In this document: positions 30,906 to 32,000 of the stretch, in pieces
How positions within the stretch are numbered: position 1 is the first letter of the stretch
How the letters are laid out: the number at the start of each line of letters is the position of its first letter
Assembly: GCF_963967315.1 (NCBI RefSeq)
Contig: NZ_OZ017288.1
Coordinates: forward strand, 657,352 to 689,351
Source of the DNA: Candidatus Minimicrobia sp. QA0096
GTDB taxonomy: Bacteria; Patescibacteriota; Saccharimonadia; Saccharimonadales; Saccharimonadaceae
Reading direction: 5' to 3'
DNA: 32,000 bases
The notes under the pieces: model-generated
Told to the model about the DNA's origin: nothing
The model's database searches: none
Seen by the model: only the letters and a program-made list of their open reading frames with translations
Program-made: the position numbers and the translations under genes

Positions 30906-32000
30906 ATGGCCACACTTCAAGATTATCGCAATGAACGACTACGAAAACTGGAAACATTACGTCAATTAGGCGTTGAACCATATCCAGCAAAATCAGAACG
31001 AACTCACACTTGTGCTGAGGTTTTATCTAAATACGATGAGCTAGCTGGTAAGGAAGTTGTTGTTGCGGGTCGTGTGGCATCTATTCGCAGTTTTGGTAAA
31101 TTGGCATTTATTAAGTTGCGTGATCAATCTGGTGATGTGCAACTTTACTTACAGCGTGATGACGTGGCGGAATTAGATGCTGCGCGCGGTGTGCTTGGAA
31201 TGAAGCAGCTTAAATTGCTGGACACGGGCGATTTTATCGAGGCGAAGGGCGTAATGACTACGACGCAAACGGGCGAAAAATCCGTTGGTGTACGCGAACT
31301 TAGATTGTTGACTAAATCGTTGAGGCCAATGCCAGAAAAATTAGAGAATAAGGAAGAGCGCTTGCGCCGACGTTATGTTGATATGAACGTCAATCCCGAA
31401 GTTCGCGAGCGGTTCATTCGCCGAAGTAAGTTTTGGCAGGCAACGCGAGATTATTTGAATAGTCATGGATTCATTGAGATTAATGTTCCTGTTTTGGAGC
31501 ATACAACTGGCGGTGCGGACGCGAACCCATTTGTGACGCATATGGATGCGCTGGGCGATCAGCAGTTTTATTTGCGAATTAGCCACGAATTACCATTAAA
31601 GCGATTAATTGGCGCTGGATTTGAGAAAGTTTACGACCTCGGTCCTCGTTTTCGCAATGAAAATTATTCGGACGAGCATCTGCCAGAACATATTGCCATG
31701 GAGTGGTATGCGGCTTACTGGAACTGGAAACAGGGAATGCGTTTCATGGAGTCGATGTATAAAGATGTGCTTCAGAAGACTTTTGGTACCCTGCAATTCC
31801 AATTGGGCAAGTTCAACGTCGATATGAGTGGCGAGTGGGAAGTTTGGGATTATGCTGAGGTTATTCGCAAGCATTACGGAATCGATGTTTATAACACGAC
31901 GATTGAAGAAGTTGCCGCTAAACTGAAAGAGTATAATTTGGAAGTTGAAAAAACTGACTCTATTCCGCGCAGTATTGATAAATTATGGAAGAATATTCGT
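30906..32000 (+). CDS. lysS: Lysine--tRNA ligase, class II (3' end lies outside the window)
   Basis: Not in the ORF track because the frame runs off the window end. My own translation from ATG 30906 is MATLQDYRNERLRKLETLRQLGVEPYP...VVVAGRVASIRSFGKLAFIKLRDQSGDVQLYL (OB fold) ...RRRYVDMNVNPEVRERFIRRSKFW...PVLEHTTGGADANPFVTHMDALGDQQFYLRISHELPLKRLIGAGFEKVYDLGPRFRNE. TGCTATAAT lies 11 nt upstream. Confidence 0.93.
   Translation, partial: MATLQDYRNERLRKLETLRQLGVEPYPAKSERTHTCAEVLSKYDELAGKEVVVAGRVASIRSFGKLAFIKLRDQSGDVQLYLQRDDVAELDAARGVLGMKQLKLLDTGDFIEAKGVMTTTQTGEKSVGVRELRLLTKSLRPMPEKLENKEERLRRRYVDMNVNPEVRERFIRRSKFWQATRDYLNSHGFIEINVPVLEHTTGGADANPFVTHMDALGDQQFYLRISHELPLKRLIGAGFEKVYDLGPRFRNENYSDEHLPEHIAMEWYAAYWNWKQGMRFMESMYKDVLQKTFGTLQFQLGKFNVDMSGEWEVWDYAEVIRKHYGIDVYNTTIEEVAAKLKEYNLEVEKTDSIPRSIDKLWKNIR

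Noticed and set aside
1-32000. A scan for tRNA, rRNA, CRISPR repeats, IS/transposase or integrase genes, and long direct or inverted repeats.
   Set aside because: I recognised none. The intergenic spaces are short, and the only long ones (8701-9003, 11914-12260) are explained by the T-box leader and by a promoter plus small ORF. A by-eye scan cannot exclude small ncRNAs.

Overview
This is a gene-dense, moderately AT-rich bacterial chromosomal segment with about 37 CDS and very little non-coding DNA. I recognised no rRNA, tRNA, CRISPR array, transposase or integrase. The backbone is housekeeping: ftsA (partial), ftsZ and nrdR; a type-2 ileS behind a T-box leader; a galU-like gene; rplU; parA-parB; lepB; an LCP-family ligase; prmC; prfA; rpmE (type B); rpsB-tsf; recF; frr, a small nucleotidyltransferase, uppS, rseP, a CPBP protease and proS; greA; and the 5' part of lysS. 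Several features point to an ultra-reduced CPR/Patescibacteria genome, probably Saccharibacteria-like. This is inference only, since no search was possible. The supporting features are: the conserved rpsB-tsf-pyrH-frr-uppS-cdsA-rseP-proS block lacks pyrH and cdsA; ProRS lacks its editing insertion; about a third of the genes look leaderless (TATAAT-like box 6-11 nt before the start codon); and the envelope genes are Gram-positive-like (LAxTG sortase signal, LCP, VKOR). The stand-out region is 3.06-7.99 kb. It holds four consecutive exported-protein genes that reproduce the component set of the WxL/Csc cell-surface complexes of Lactobacillales: a large WxL-like protein, here carrying a 7-bladed Cys-paired RCC1 propeller; a small LAxTG sortase substrate; a small WxL-like protein; and a DUF916/DUF3324-like membrane-anchored protein. 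The locus is flanked by a VKOR disulfide-forming gene and a LiaF-like gene. Other points worth follow-up: (1) a cysteine-less NrdR and a cysteine-less NrdH/Trx-like protein translationally coupled to VKOR; (2) an ileS T-box whose canonical antiterminator is nested inside a long helix ending in a U-run; (3) three orphan genes (a 109-aa acidic protein, a ParB/Srx-like protein, a PRT-like protein) interleaved on the opposite strand with prmC, prfA and rpmE; (4) a minimal nucleotidyltransferase wedged by overlapping codons between frr and uppS. All functional calls rest on motif recognition by eye; nothing was searched against a database.
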